Shown here: piece after piece, positions 9,617 to 18,076 of the stretch
How positions within the stretch are numbered: position 1 is the stretch's first letter
Layout of the letters: every line of letters begins with the position of its first letter
Source: a virus
Lineage: Duplodnaviria; Caudoviricetes
Reading direction: 5' to 3' (one strand)
Length of the DNA stretch: 35,132 nt
Virus record (IMG/VR): IMGVR_UViG_3300020727_000047
Coordinates: 1-35,132 of that record
The notes under the pieces: model-generated
Seen by the model: only the letters and a program-made list of their open reading frames with translations
The model's database searches: none
Told to the model about the DNA's origin: nothing
Translations under genes and position numbers: made by a program

Positions 9617-10393
9617 TTACGGTCCCGTATAAGTGAAGTCCAGCGGGCTGGAAGCCAGAGGAGCGCCGGTCATAACATAATTGGGCGACACAATCGGGTT
9701 GCCGCCGTAAAGCTGCTGCATCAGATAGGCGTTGGACAATGAACTGGCCCCGCCGCTTAAGGCGCCGGTCAAGGCGTTTGCTCCGGCAATGCCAGCAGCA
9801 CCTTGCACGTTAGCCGCGCCCATCAGGTTTTGACCGGCTTGCGTTGCGTATTGTTGTTGGGCAGCGCCCACTCCAGCAGCCGCCGCCTGACCAATGCCCG
9901 TCAAACCCATCAGCTGGTTATATTGCTGTTGTTGTTGGGCTTGGTAGTTTTGCAACTGCTGTTGGTAATCCATCTGGGCCAGACCCTGACCCTGTTGTTG
10001 CAGCGCAAGCAATTGGTTGCCGCCAAGACCGCCCGTGCGGGAGGCTGCATTCTGTGCGGATTGCAGACCTTGTTGCAGTTCAAACTGGTAAGCGGGCGAG
10101 GCTTGGAATTGCTGTTGGCTGAACGGGGTGTTCAGCGCGCCCTGACCAATTGCACCCGTAGAACCCGGCATCAGGCCTAAGCCCTGTTGCAGTGCGGTGA
10201 TGGCGGGCAGGCCAGCCTGTTGATACGGCGCGAGGTTGGCTTGCTGTTGAGCCAGCGCTTGCGCCTGAAGCTGGTTGGCCTGTTGTGCGGATGCCGCCTG
10301 TTGCGATGCAGCATCCGACGCTGCGCCTGACGCAATCAGTGAACTTCCAACTGTGGCGGTGGCCATCAGAGCGGCAGCGGCAAAAAAAGGCAT
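9617..10393 (-). CDS. DNA ejection / pilot protein (P22 gp7-like)
   Basis: Hydrophobic Ala/Gly N-terminus, Q-rich body, N..PY.QAG..A and SP.YQF..QQG motifs typical of gp7-like proteins. Confidence 0.75.
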   Translation of the reverse strand: MPFFAAAALMATATVGSSLIASGAASDAASQQAASAQQANQLQAQALAQQQANLAPYQQAGLPAITALQQGLGLMPGSTGAIGQGALNTPFSQQQFQASPAYQFELQQGLQSAQNAASRTGGLGGNQLLALQQQGQGLAQMDYQQQLQNYQAQQQQQYNQLMGLTGIGQAAAAGVGAAQQQYATQAGQNLMGAANVQGAAGIAGANALTGALSGGASSLSNAYLMQQLYGGNPIVSPNYVMTGAPLASSPLDFTYTGP

Positions 10394-10396
10394 GGT

Positions 10397-10948
10397 CTAT
10401 TCCTTCAATTCGTCAGGCACCCACCATTCATTAACACCGTGCGCCATCTCGACGTTATAACCCAGATCGCTCTGGATGTTCAGATGCATAAGTTGATGCA
10501 GCATCGGCTGGGACGTTCCCGGTGTCAGCCAGTCAATGGCATCCGAGATTGTCCAATAGTCCAATTCCTCATACGGGATTACCCTGACCAATGGGTGGTC
10601 GTCGTAGATCCGCAGCATGTCTTGGAGAGCCTCCAAACGACGACGCAAGCGTGGGCTGGAGATCCCAAACTGATTGAGGCTTGTCTCCACCTGATCCACC
10701 GACCGGCGGATAATCAATGTCCTCGGGCGGAGTTCATCCAAGATCGAAGGCAGCAGCATTCCCAGACCGGAATCCGAGATGCCCACATACCGAAACTTGC
10801 TCTCGGTCCACAGCCGCACCAGCTCGGGCCAATCACTTAGCCAGGCGGTGGGTTCATGATGGCACACACTCTCCGGTGTGGAGGTCGCAACAGAGAACCA
10901 AGCCGTCCGAGATCTGGGCAGGCCGGTGATGAAGAACGGTGTGCTCAT
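10397..10948 (-). CDS. Sulfotransferase-like P-loop protein, 183 aa
   Basis: Likely start MSTPFF at 10948 (ATGA overlap). FFITGLPRSRT resembles the 5'-PSB loop; HEP; IIRRS..QV..S resembles the 3'-PB motif; PYEEL. Confidence 0.65.
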   Translation of the reverse strand: MSTPFFITGLPRSRTAWFSVATSTPESVCHHEPTAWLSDWPELVRLWTESKFRYVGISDSGLGMLLPSILDELRPRTLIIRRSVDQVETSLNQFGISSPRLRRRLEALQDMLRIYDDHPLVRVIPYEELDYWTISDAIDWLTPGTSQPMLHQLMHLNIQSDLGYNVEMAHGVNEWWVPDELKE

Positions 10949-11160
10949 GGACCCGTCAGCGCCGCAATGATGGCGTTGACCGCAGTGACAATCTGCGTGG
11001 TGGTGGGGCTGGCCGGCAGCGGGGTGATAGCAGAACAGGACTTCTGCAAATTGCTCACCGCATTGGCGAGCGTGACGTTGTATTGATAGTAGGCCGGCAC
11101 CGGCTGACCATTGGGCTGAACCCATGGGCTAGGCGCGACGGGGGAAACCTTGACGACCAT
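10945..11160 (-). CDS. Small virion protein, 71 aa (position of tail needle/plug)
   Basis: Coupled to the gp10-like stop; C-terminal amphipathic IVTAVNAIIAAL helix. The call rests on position only. Confidence 0.5.
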   Translation of the reverse strand: MVVKVSPVAPSPWVQPNGQPVPAYYQYNVTLANAVSNLQKSCSAITPLPASPTTTQIVTAVNAIIAALTGP

Positions 11161-12575
11161 TAGCCAATCTCCGCAGACAGCAGAGCCACCTTGTAGGGAT
11201 CGGTGGACGATAGCTCGAAGATCCGATCTTGAGCCAATCCCCGGCGCTCAATCCCGAGCCGGTTGAACTTGATCCGTTGCGCGGTCTGACCGATCAAACC
11301 CACAGGCTGAAAGAACTCTGACGTGAAGCTGGAAGAGTCAAAACTCTGGCGCAGCATCATCTGCGGATTGGCAACGGTGGAATAGTTCCCGGTGTCAGCC
11401 TGTATCTCAAGCCAAGAGATGCGGAAGGCATTGGCCGTGGTCTGGGGAAGCGCCCGCCAGCTCCGCAGCCATTTCCTCTGCTGACCGGCGTCAGTGTAGG
11501 TGTTCAGGTCATACGCATACAGCTTGCCAGCGTTGTAATCCCCCACCACAACCTTGCCCGCAAAGAACTGACAGGTGGCCGTCTGGTGCCGGGAAAAGTT
11601 GCCGTTGCTGAACGCAAGCCGCTTGTGCCAAGCGGGATATCCCAACTGCCTCGTTGCAGTCAGGTCCAGCACCCAGGTCTCATTTCCCGAGGGGAAAGTG
11701 ATCTGGTAGAAGTAGTGGCCTTCCTGTTGGTAGGCGTAGGCGATGGCATCCGTCAGCGTCGGATACTGAGCCGTGGCGTATTCCATGCCATGGGTCGAGA
11801 CCCGTTCCGGCTGATATCCATTGGCGAGATACACCACGCCTTGGCCCTGGTCGTTCTGCGAGAGCCACAGGAGGTTGTCACCGACATTGCAGATCGAACC
11901 CTGTGCAATGCACCCGATCTCAAGCGACACACCGTCCAGTCGCTGGAAGGCAAACGGTGAAAGACCAGCATTCACCCACACGAACGTCCCGCGTTCTTTG
12001 AACACGTAGATCTGCCGGTGAAGCTCACCAATGCCCACGATGTTTGAGAGCTTGCCGTTCTCCACGCCGTAGTTCAGCGCCGGCCAGCTGGTCAGGTCGT
12101 TGATGGACGATTGCCACAGGTTGGACGTGCCGTTCTGGCTGACCACACCAAAGCCGTCCTGGTACACCGCAAGGCCGGGATTGCTGAACGGCAGTGTGAT
12201 GGAGTTAAGCGCACCGTTGACGATGCTATATCCCCCAATGCCATCAAACAGCGCCACTTGGGTTGCGTTGGCGATCATGGAGACCTGACCGGAACCCGTG
12301 GCGATATTCCCAAGCAGGGACACGTTGAAGTTCGAGGTGACGATATAAACGCCCGTCCCCGACACCACGTACAGGTTGCCGTTGAAAGTCAGCATGCCAC
12401 GAATGGGGCCATTGCCCACCGTTGCGAGGAGATCCAGACCCGGTGTGCCATAGAACGCACCGACTTGTGCGCCTTGCTTGGTCTCTACGATCTCGGGATA
12501 GAGGTTGATGCACTGCTCAAGCGATAGGTCCCGCGAGCGAGAGACGTAAGCCGTGCCGAGGAAGGGCGTCTTCAT
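11160..12575 (-). CDS. Tail hub / packaged-DNA stabilization protein (P22 gp10-like)
   Basis: 471 aa beta-rich; CINLYPE, TPGL, GPIRG, DG.G, GCIA..S and AY.YQQEGH.FY..TFP motifs of the gp10 family. Confidence 0.85.
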   Translation of the reverse strand: MKTPFLGTAYVSRSRDLSLEQCINLYPEIVETKQGAQVGAFYGTPGLDLLATVGNGPIRGMLTFNGNLYVVSGTGVYIVTSNFNVSLLGNIATGSGQVSMIANATQVALFDGIGGYSIVNGALNSITLPFSNPGLAVYQDGFGVVSQNGTSNLWQSSINDLTSWPALNYGVENGKLSNIVGIGELHRQIYVFKERGTFVWVNAGLSPFAFQRLDGVSLEIGCIAQGSICNVGDNLLWLSQNDQGQGVVYLANGYQPERVSTHGMEYATAQYPTLTDAIAYAYQQEGHYFYQITFPSGNETWVLDLTATRQLGYPAWHKRLAFSNGNFSRHQTATCQFFAGKVVVGDYNAGKLYAYDLNTYTDAGQQRKWLRSWRALPQTTANAFRISWLEIQADTGNYSTVANPQMMLRQSFDSSSFTSEFFQPVGLIGQTAQRIKFNRLGIERRGLAQDRIFELSSTDPYKVALLSAEIG

Positions 12576-12826
12576 TCACCCTCCATCCAATGATTGAGAT
12601 ATCTTGCCTGCAAGCCCGTCAGAGCCGCCAGCATGACATGCGTCCCCGCATTGTCCCCATGACACCAGCCTAACGTCGTGTCTCTGTTGGGAGCCGCGTA
12701 GGCGTAAGCGATGGCCACGATCTCGCCACGCTTGGCTTCTTCCAGAATGCGTTCGAGATCCGCCACGATGTCAGCGTCTGCTGTGCCGGGAGGAACTCTG
12801 CCAAACGGCGAGATGACTTCACCCAT
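12572..12826 (-). CDS. Hypothetical protein, 84 aa
   Basis: Overlapping start/stop with both neighbours; LE.ILEEAKRGEI.AIAYA. Confidence 0.6.
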   Translation of the reverse strand: MGEVISPFGRVPPGTADADIVADLERILEEAKRGEIVAIAYAYAAPNRDTTLGWCHGDNAGTHVMLAALTGLQARYLNHWMEGE

Positions 12827-13560
12827 CAGGTTCCTCCGCTACGGTCCCTAAAAATATTGTAGGTCGGAGATGCGCGGCTAACGATCTCGGGATCAAACAC
12901 GGCCTTGATTGGCGTCATGTTGGTCCGCTTGATGTTGCCGAGCGCCTTGGCTGCGGAACGCACTAAGAGCGGGTTGGCTTCCGCGTCGGTGAAGTAGGGC
13001 TGAAGCTCAAGGGCAAGATTGGTGGTAATTGCGAGCTTGTACCCAAGCGGCAACGACATGTTCGTCGAGAGTGTGGGAAACTCTTGGAGCTGGAGGTAGC
13101 TGTCAAAGAACAGCGTGTACGCCTGCTGCGGCACTGGGAAGATATTGATGATGCCCAGCGGATATTGCGGGTCATAGAACAGCGTGTCGGGGATGTTGGA
13201 GCTGTTGGTCTTGAGGCCGATCAGGTTCCATTGATCCTGCGTAATGACCGCCATGTCGTAGTCGTTCAGGTTGGTGTCGCGGATCCGCGCACGTCCTGGT
13301 CCCTCAGGGATACGAAGGGGGCGGACACTGACGCCCGTCCCCCCCGGTCCACACGTGTACACAGCTTGTCCTGGCACCAAAGTGAAGGACTGTTCCAGGT
13401 TGGCATACGTGACAAGGTTCTCATTCGACCATGAGTCCATAAGGTCGTTGAGGACGTTCAGGCCAAGCTGCGCGTCAGAACTGTTGAGAGTTTCCGTCGC
13501 GGCATACACCCCAAGCTTCTGGAGTGCGTCAAGGATCAGCTGGCCTGCGTTTACGGTCAT
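12826..13560 (-). CDS. Head-tail adaptor (P22 gp4-like)
   Basis: N-terminal T.NAGQLI.DAL.KLGV......L...D...GL..LNDLMDSW motif; C-terminal LP.GY..AI..NLA.EL.P.F. Confidence 0.8.
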   Translation of the reverse strand: MTVNAGQLILDALQKLGVYAATETLNSSDAQLGLNVLNDLMDSWSNENLVTYANLEQSFTLVPGQAVYTCGPGGTGVSVRPLRIPEGPGRARIRDTNLNDYDMAVITQDQWNLIGLKTNSSNIPDTLFYDPQYPLGIINIFPVPQQAYTLFFDSYLQLQEFPTLSTNMSLPLGYKLAITTNLALELQPYFTDAEANPLLVRSAAKALGNIKRTNMTPIKAVFDPEIVSRASPTYNIFRDRSGGT

Positions 13561-13910
13561 GACGGTTCTTTCTGCCTACCGCGCTTCGGAGCCAGCTCAC
13601 GCTCTTCCTCGGCACTGTGAACGAGCTTGTCACCGACCCACTTGGGATATTCCTCGGGGATGTAGTCCGGTGCCGGAGGGATCGCCGCTGCTTGGGCGAA
13701 GGCTTCCGGCGAAGACGATCCGATGGTGTAATATCCTTGGGCGCGGTGTTGCTCCTCCTGGTCCACATTATACACCAAGACCGGCGGATATTTATCGGGC
13801 GTGCCTTGCCAGTTTGCCTTTTTGTCGGAAAGGTATTCTTCCACCTTTTCCGTCTTTCCCCGCTGGCTGTGCGGGTGATGCATGTGCTTCGGATACTCGT
13901 TGTGTTCCAT
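13557..13910 (-). CDS. Hypothetical protein, ~117 aa, with repeated (E/K)YP motifs
   Basis: AGGA RBS before ATG at 13910 (MEHNEYPK). EYPKH, KYPPVLV..V.QEE and EYPKWV..LVHSAEEE recur internally. Confidence 0.6.
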   Translation of the reverse strand: MEHNEYPKHMHHPHSQRGKTEKVEEYLSDKKANWQGTPDKYPPVLVYNVDQEEQHRAQGYYTIGSSSPEAFAQAAAIPPAPDYIPEEYPKWVGDKLVHSAEEERELAPKRGRQKEPS

Positions 13911-14604
13911 CAATAGTCCTCGCCCGGTCTCTGAAAGTGGAAACACCGTCGGTCAGTGTGCCGGTCCACGTCTTGGACCCACGGTGCTTAAAGGCAATGT
14001 CAGGATCAACCCACATCTCATAGCCAGCAGCGGTGAGTGCGTTGGAGAACGCGTAGTCCTCGCCCCACCACCATTCGTCCGCGCCAGGGCCTGAGTTGAA
14101 CACGGCGTGGTATTTCACGCGATCCCCATTAATCTCCACGTCACGGAACACCGGAGCCTTGTAGTAGAGATCCTCCAGCACATGGCGCTTGATACGCAGG
14201 AAGCCTGTAGGGACGTGCGTTGCCATGATCAGGCCATCACGTTCCACCAGCTTGCGGGTGTCTGCATGAGCCGCCAAGGACACCGGCCAGTCGGGCGTGT
14301 CCTGCTTCTTGGGGTATACCCCACAGATCACATCCTCCGGTCGCTCCAAAAACTCGATGACCTTATGCGCTGGCCAGCCGAGGTCGTCATCCAGAAAGAA
14401 CAGATCGGTCGCGCTGGGCGTGTCAAGAAACTCCGCAACCATCTTGCTGCGAGCCTTGGCAACGAACGGATCGCCGCAACGCTGCGCCCATCCTCGCGTA
14501 AACCCAGCCCGCTCGCAGGCCGCGTCAGTGGCTAACGCTGAACGTAAAAAATCCACCGTGACTTTGTGATCTAACGAGGGAGTCGCGAAAATCACGTAGG
14601 TCAC
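13792..14604 (-). CDS. Glycosyltransferase, GT-A fold (GT2-like)
   Basis: VIFATP, AR..MV..FL, LFFLDDD (DxD), VICGVYPKK, TGFLRIKR.V, GEDYAF and WVDP.I..KH.G. Likely GTG start at 14604 (track start 14631). Confidence 0.85.
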   Translation of the reverse strand: MTYVIFATPSLDHKVTVDFLRSALATDAACERAGFTRGWAQRCGDPFVAKARSKMVAEFLDTPSATDLFFLDDDLGWPAHKVIEFLERPEDVICGVYPKKQDTPDWPVSLAAHADTRKLVERDGLIMATHVPTGFLRIKRHVLEDLYYKAPVFRDVEINGDRVKYHAVFNSGPGADEWWWGEDYAFSNALTAAGYEMWVDPDIAFKHRGSKTWTGTLTDGVSTFRDRARTIDGTQRVSEAHASPAQPAGKDGKGGRIPFRQKGKLARHAR

Positions 14605-14645
14605 GGTGGATATCCAGTCGGGGAGGAACACACCCCGAGACAGTA

Positions 14646-15710
14646 TTACGGCGCAGCCACCAAGCCAAGCGAAACCAGAGCCGCGTGGTCAGCGGTGGGT
14701 CCACCGTTCATGGAGGTGTAAGCGGTGGAGGAACCAGCCGCAGGCACCGCACCGGGGAACACGCCGATGGTGTAGGTTTCCGACGGAGGCACAATCGCCG
14801 CCGAGGTGTTGTTGACGTAGGTGATCGCCACCGTGTTGGCAGCCGACACGCGATAACCACCAATGCCGAGACCCGTGGTGAAGGTCGGCTTGTTGACGTA
14901 GATCTGCATGTTGGCGTTGATGCCAGGCACGGTGAAGGTCTGTTCCGCCGTGGTGTTGGCAGCAACCGAAGCCGGAGTCAGCGTGGCGGTAACGGTCTTC
15001 AGCACCGGAGCAACCTGGATCTCCGGGGAAGCATACACGAGGTAGCTTTCGGCAGCGGTCGGCGTGATGGTGGCAGCCGTCAGGTTCTGGAACGTAATGC
15101 CCAGCGTGTTGGCAGCCACGGCGCGAGCATTAAGGATGGCCAGACCAGCCTGAGAAGTCGGCTTGTTGACGATGACCGGCGAACCAGCAGCCAGACCCGA
15201 CACGGTGAACTGCTGTTCAATGGCCGTGTTCGGACCCACCGCCGTCGGGGTGAGCGTAGCCGACAGCAGCATGGTGGAAGGGATGGCGGTGACCAGATAG
15301 GTTTCACCGGCAGTCGGGGTGATGGCAGCCGCCGTGTCGTTGGCGAAGTTCACCGCCAGGGTGTTGGTGGCCGACACGCGAGCCGACGGGGACAGAGCCA
15401 GACCCGCCTGCGTGGTGGGCTTGGTCACCACGACCAGCTGGCCGGTGGCAAGACCCGTGACCGTCAGGGTCTGTTCAGCAGCCGTGTTGGCGGCAACAGA
15501 AACCGGGGTCAGCGTCACAGCGTAGGTGGTCACCACACCCACATAGCCCTTCAGGGAGCCCTGCGAGGCAGGCTGCACGATGCCGGGGTTGGCACCGTAG
15601 AAACCGATCAGGTCGGTGGAGGATGCACCAAGGACAGTGCCTTGGCTATTCTGATCCGAAAGTTGCTTCGGACCCTTCGTGGCAGTGGAGGCGGCGGAGA
15701 CGACGGGCAT
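14646..15710 (-). CDS. Putative capsid decoration protein with three tandem ~85-aa beta-rich repeats
   Basis: Near the coat gene; very T/A-rich; three copies of TLTP.SV..NT..EQ.FTV.G......V.KPT...GL.....R....NT..I.F.N.T.A.I.P...E.Y. Confidence 0.7.
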   Translation of the reverse strand: MPVVSAASTATKGPKQLSDQNSQGTVLGASSTDLIGFYGANPGIVQPASQGSLKGYVGVVTTYAVTLTPVSVAANTAAEQTLTVTGLATGQLVVVTKPTTQAGLALSPSARVSATNTLAVNFANDTAAAITPTAGETYLVTAIPSTMLLSATLTPTAVGPNTAIEQQFTVSGLAAGSPVIVNKPTSQAGLAILNARAVAANTLGITFQNLTAATITPTAAESYLVYASPEIQVAPVLKTVTATLTPASVAANTTAEQTFTVPGINANMQIYVNKPTFTTGLGIGGYRVSAANTVAITYVNNTSAAIVPPSETYTIGVFPGAVPAAGSSTAYTSMNGGPTADHAALVSLGLVAAP

Positions 15711-15722
15711 GGTTCTGGTTCC

Positions 15723-15947
15723 TTACGAGGGCTTTACGAGCAGCATCTGCGGGTTGGACCAGCGTGTTTCCATGCCGGTCTTGATGGATTGAGCAATGGC
15801 GTCCTTGAACGGACCAAGCACTTCCTTGGTTGCCATCGGGCCGACCGGGAGGACACGGCCATCCTCAGTCCGTTCGACGACAACCTGGTAGAGATCCACC
15901 TTGAAGGGCGACTTCCACCCTTTAGGCATCTTTTTCCGTTCAAACAT
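15723..15947 (-). CDS. Hypothetical protein, 74 aa
   Basis: GAGG RBS upstream of ATG; fills the gap between the coat and decoration genes. Confidence 0.6.
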   Translation of the reverse strand: MFERKKMPKGWKSPFKVDLYQVVVERTEDGRVLPVGPMATKEVLGPFKDAIAQSIKTGMETRWSNPQMLLVKPS

Positions 15948-15958
15948 CTTTGCCTCAA

Positions 15959-17152
15959 TCAGCCGGTCAGGCGCACGCCCAATTCAGGGTAGAAGGTAGT
16001 CGTTCCGTAAAGGATGTCGATACGAGCCGGGAAGACATCGTTATTGATGTCGTAAGCCCGGATGATCCGCATCGAGATACCCTTGTAGGTTTCGCGAGCC
16101 TTGAAGTCGACGCCTTCCGGCAGCTCCAGCGGCACGGTGACGAGACCAAAGCAGTCCTTCACAAAGCCGACGTTTTGCGGGTAGGTCACGTTGGCCGAAC
16201 CGGAGATGACCGTCACACCGGCGAGGTTCGCAGGCGAAACCGACACGGTCTGGTAGGCACCCGTGGTGCTGATGGCCGGGTAGATCGGCAGCGTGGCGTT
16301 GCCGCTCGCGTCCGACGAGACCGGGCCGGTGACCAGGAAGTTCTGGAGGGCGCCGGTGGACTTGCGGCTCTTCGGGTTGATCGCGTAGACGCCCGCAATG
16401 GTGATGACTTCACCGCCGAGGAAGAAGTTGGTACGCGAAGCCGTCCAGCCGTTGGTGACGAGGCTGGAGCCGGTCTGGCTGGCACCGTTCACCACACCCG
16501 TACCGGCATAGTTACCGTTGGTGAGGTTGGCCACGTTCTGGTCTTCGTAGATCTCGAAGTTGGCAATGTTCGCCAGGTAGCCCTTCAGGGCCGGTTCAGC
16601 GACCGACTTTACGTAGACGCCGATGAGCGCATTCGCGAGCGCCCAGTAGGCGGCGGGGTTCAGCACCAGCACGCGACCGTCTTGCGGAACCGCGCCTTCG
16701 TCCATCCGCTGACCGACGGCGGCCAGAGCGGCAAAGCTGTTCGGAGCCGTACCAGCACCCTGCGGGCCGACCCAGTTCTGGAGGGAGGTGGTGTTCTGGA
16801 GAACGTCGTAGTCCAGCTGGTTGGCAAGTTCGGCAGCCGCCGGCTTGATGTACCGCTCGGAGAACTCTTCCACCGTCAGCGTCAGGTCCTGAGACGAGAA
16901 CTGGAAGTCCACGTGCTTCTGGTTGGAGATCGTGATGCTGGTGGACGGTTCGCTGATGTCCTGGATGGACAGGCCCGGACCCGAGGACACAAGGAAGCGG
17001 TTGGGCTTACGGATCGTGACCGAGGAACCGATCTTGACGAACTGGTTCTCGAACTGGCGGTTCACCTTACCGGCGGCGACCAGGTTGTTCTCGAGGATAA
17101 CCAGCGTCTCCTTGGTGATGACGCTAGGATTAAGAAGAGCGTTGTTAGACAT
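15959..17152 (-). CDS. Major capsid protein (P22 gp5 coat family)
   Basis: N..L....IT.E.L..LEN.LV....VNR.F, KIG.SVTIR.P, F.ERYIKPA...LAN..D and C-terminal YDI.ND....RIDILYG. Follows the scaffold; strong codon bias. Confidence 0.92.
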   Translation of the reverse strand: MSNNALLNPSVITKETLVILENNLVAAGKVNRQFENQFVKIGSSVTIRKPNRFLVSSGPGLSIQDISEPSTSITISNQKHVDFQFSSQDLTLTVEEFSERYIKPAAAELANQLDYDVLQNTTSLQNWVGPQGAGTAPNSFAALAAVGQRMDEGAVPQDGRVLVLNPAAYWALANALIGVYVKSVAEPALKGYLANIANFEIYEDQNVANLTNGNYAGTGVVNGASQTGSSLVTNGWTASRTNFFLGGEVITIAGVYAINPKSRKSTGALQNFLVTGPVSSDASGNATLPIYPAISTTGAYQTVSVSPANLAGVTVISGSANVTYPQNVGFVKDCFGLVTVPLELPEGVDFKARETYKGISMRIIRAYDINNDVFPARIDILYGTTTFYPELGVRLTG

Positions 17153-17190
17153 CCGAGGCTTCCTTATGACGCCCCGGATGTCCGAGGCTT
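17148..17190 (-). promoter_or_regulatory. RNA hairpin over the coat translation start, with an alternative upstream pairing
   Basis: mRNA GACAUCCGGGGC-gucauaaggaa-GCCUCGGAUGUC forms a 12-bp stem containing the AUG; AAGCCUCGGA occurs twice. Confidence 0.6.
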
Positions 17191-18076
17191 AACGGCGACG
17201 AGAGGCAGCGATTTCGGAGGCTCGCCGTGCAGCGTACTCCTCCATGGTTTCTTGGTCGGGAGATTTGGGACCGGCGTTGGAACGCGAACCAACAGGCTTG
17301 ATTGGATCAGGCTTGCGGCTCGGCGTCGGTGCTTCAGACTGAGCACTCAACCGGGCTTCGATCTTCCCAATTTCACGAACAGCCTGGATCGGGTCCAGTT
17401 TGGCAATCCTTGCCGCAGTCTCGGGGTTCTGCCCGAGATAGTACGCGACAGCGGGACCGTCTTCTGACTCAAGCATGGCCCGCGCCATCGGCAGACTGAT
17501 CTGGAGATCGTCGCGTTCGGCAACCGCCTCGAAGTCGGGGTGGTCAGCCATGAACGTTGCGCGACGGTCAGACCATTGAGCCTGTGTGCGCTCCATCTGA
17601 GCCTTCTGGCTTTCCTGAGAAACCCGCTGCCGCTCCTCTGCCCTCGCAAGCTGTTCAGCTCGGCGTGAGGACCAGTTGATCAGAGCCTCGTCATACGAAT
17701 CAGGATCGTCGAACTGATGCCGCCCAGGGCGGGGATCGTCCGTCTCGACCTTCTTCGCCTCGGCCTTGGTGCTGATAGCTTCCAAAGCACGAGAGAGGTC
17801 CTGCTGGAGTTGCGTGGCCTTCTCTTCAGCCGCCCGCCTCTTGTTGCGCTCAATAGTAATCTCACGCTTCAACCAAGCCGGTGTGCCATCGGACTTGTCG
17901 TCCTTTGGACTTTCGCCTGCGGATTTCTCAGCAGTATCTGCCTTATCCTCTTTTTCCGGCTTGTCGTCAACTTGACCAGTCGGGTTAGCCTTGAACTGGG
18001 GGAAGTCCGAGGTCGCTGACAGTGGAGGCCCCGCCTTGGGGGTTGCTTCCATCGTCGTTGCGAGTTGATCCGGCAT
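17189..18076 (-). CDS. Scaffolding protein
   Basis: Charged coiled coil between portal and coat; PDF..V, GP.VAYYLG.NP, P.PIKPVG and C-terminal MEEYAARR helix. Confidence 0.82.
   Translation of the reverse strand: MPDQLATTMEATPKAGPPLSATSDFPQFKANPTGQVDDKPEKEDKADTAEKSAGESPKDDKSDGTPAWLKREITIERNKRRAAEEKATQLQQDLSRALEAISTKAEAKKVETDDPRPGRHQFDDPDSYDEALINWSSRRAEQLARAEERQRVSQESQKAQMERTQAQWSDRRATFMADHPDFEAVAERDDLQISLPMARAMLESEDGPAVAYYLGQNPETAARIAKLDPIQAVREIGKIEARLSAQSEAPTPSRKPDPIKPVGSRSNAGPKSPDQETMEEYAARRASEIAASRRR

Noticed and set aside
14615-14640. Hairpin TCGGGG-N9-CCCCGA after the decoration gene as an intrinsic terminator
   Set aside because: Short stem and no U-tract on the coding strand.
14685-17467. 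Long plus-strand ORFs (435 aa and 505 aa) opposite the decoration and coat genes
   Set aside because: Antisense shadows caused by strong GC3 codon bias in highly expressed genes; no motifs or RBS. The same applies to 6270-7571, 18312-20291 and similar ORFs.
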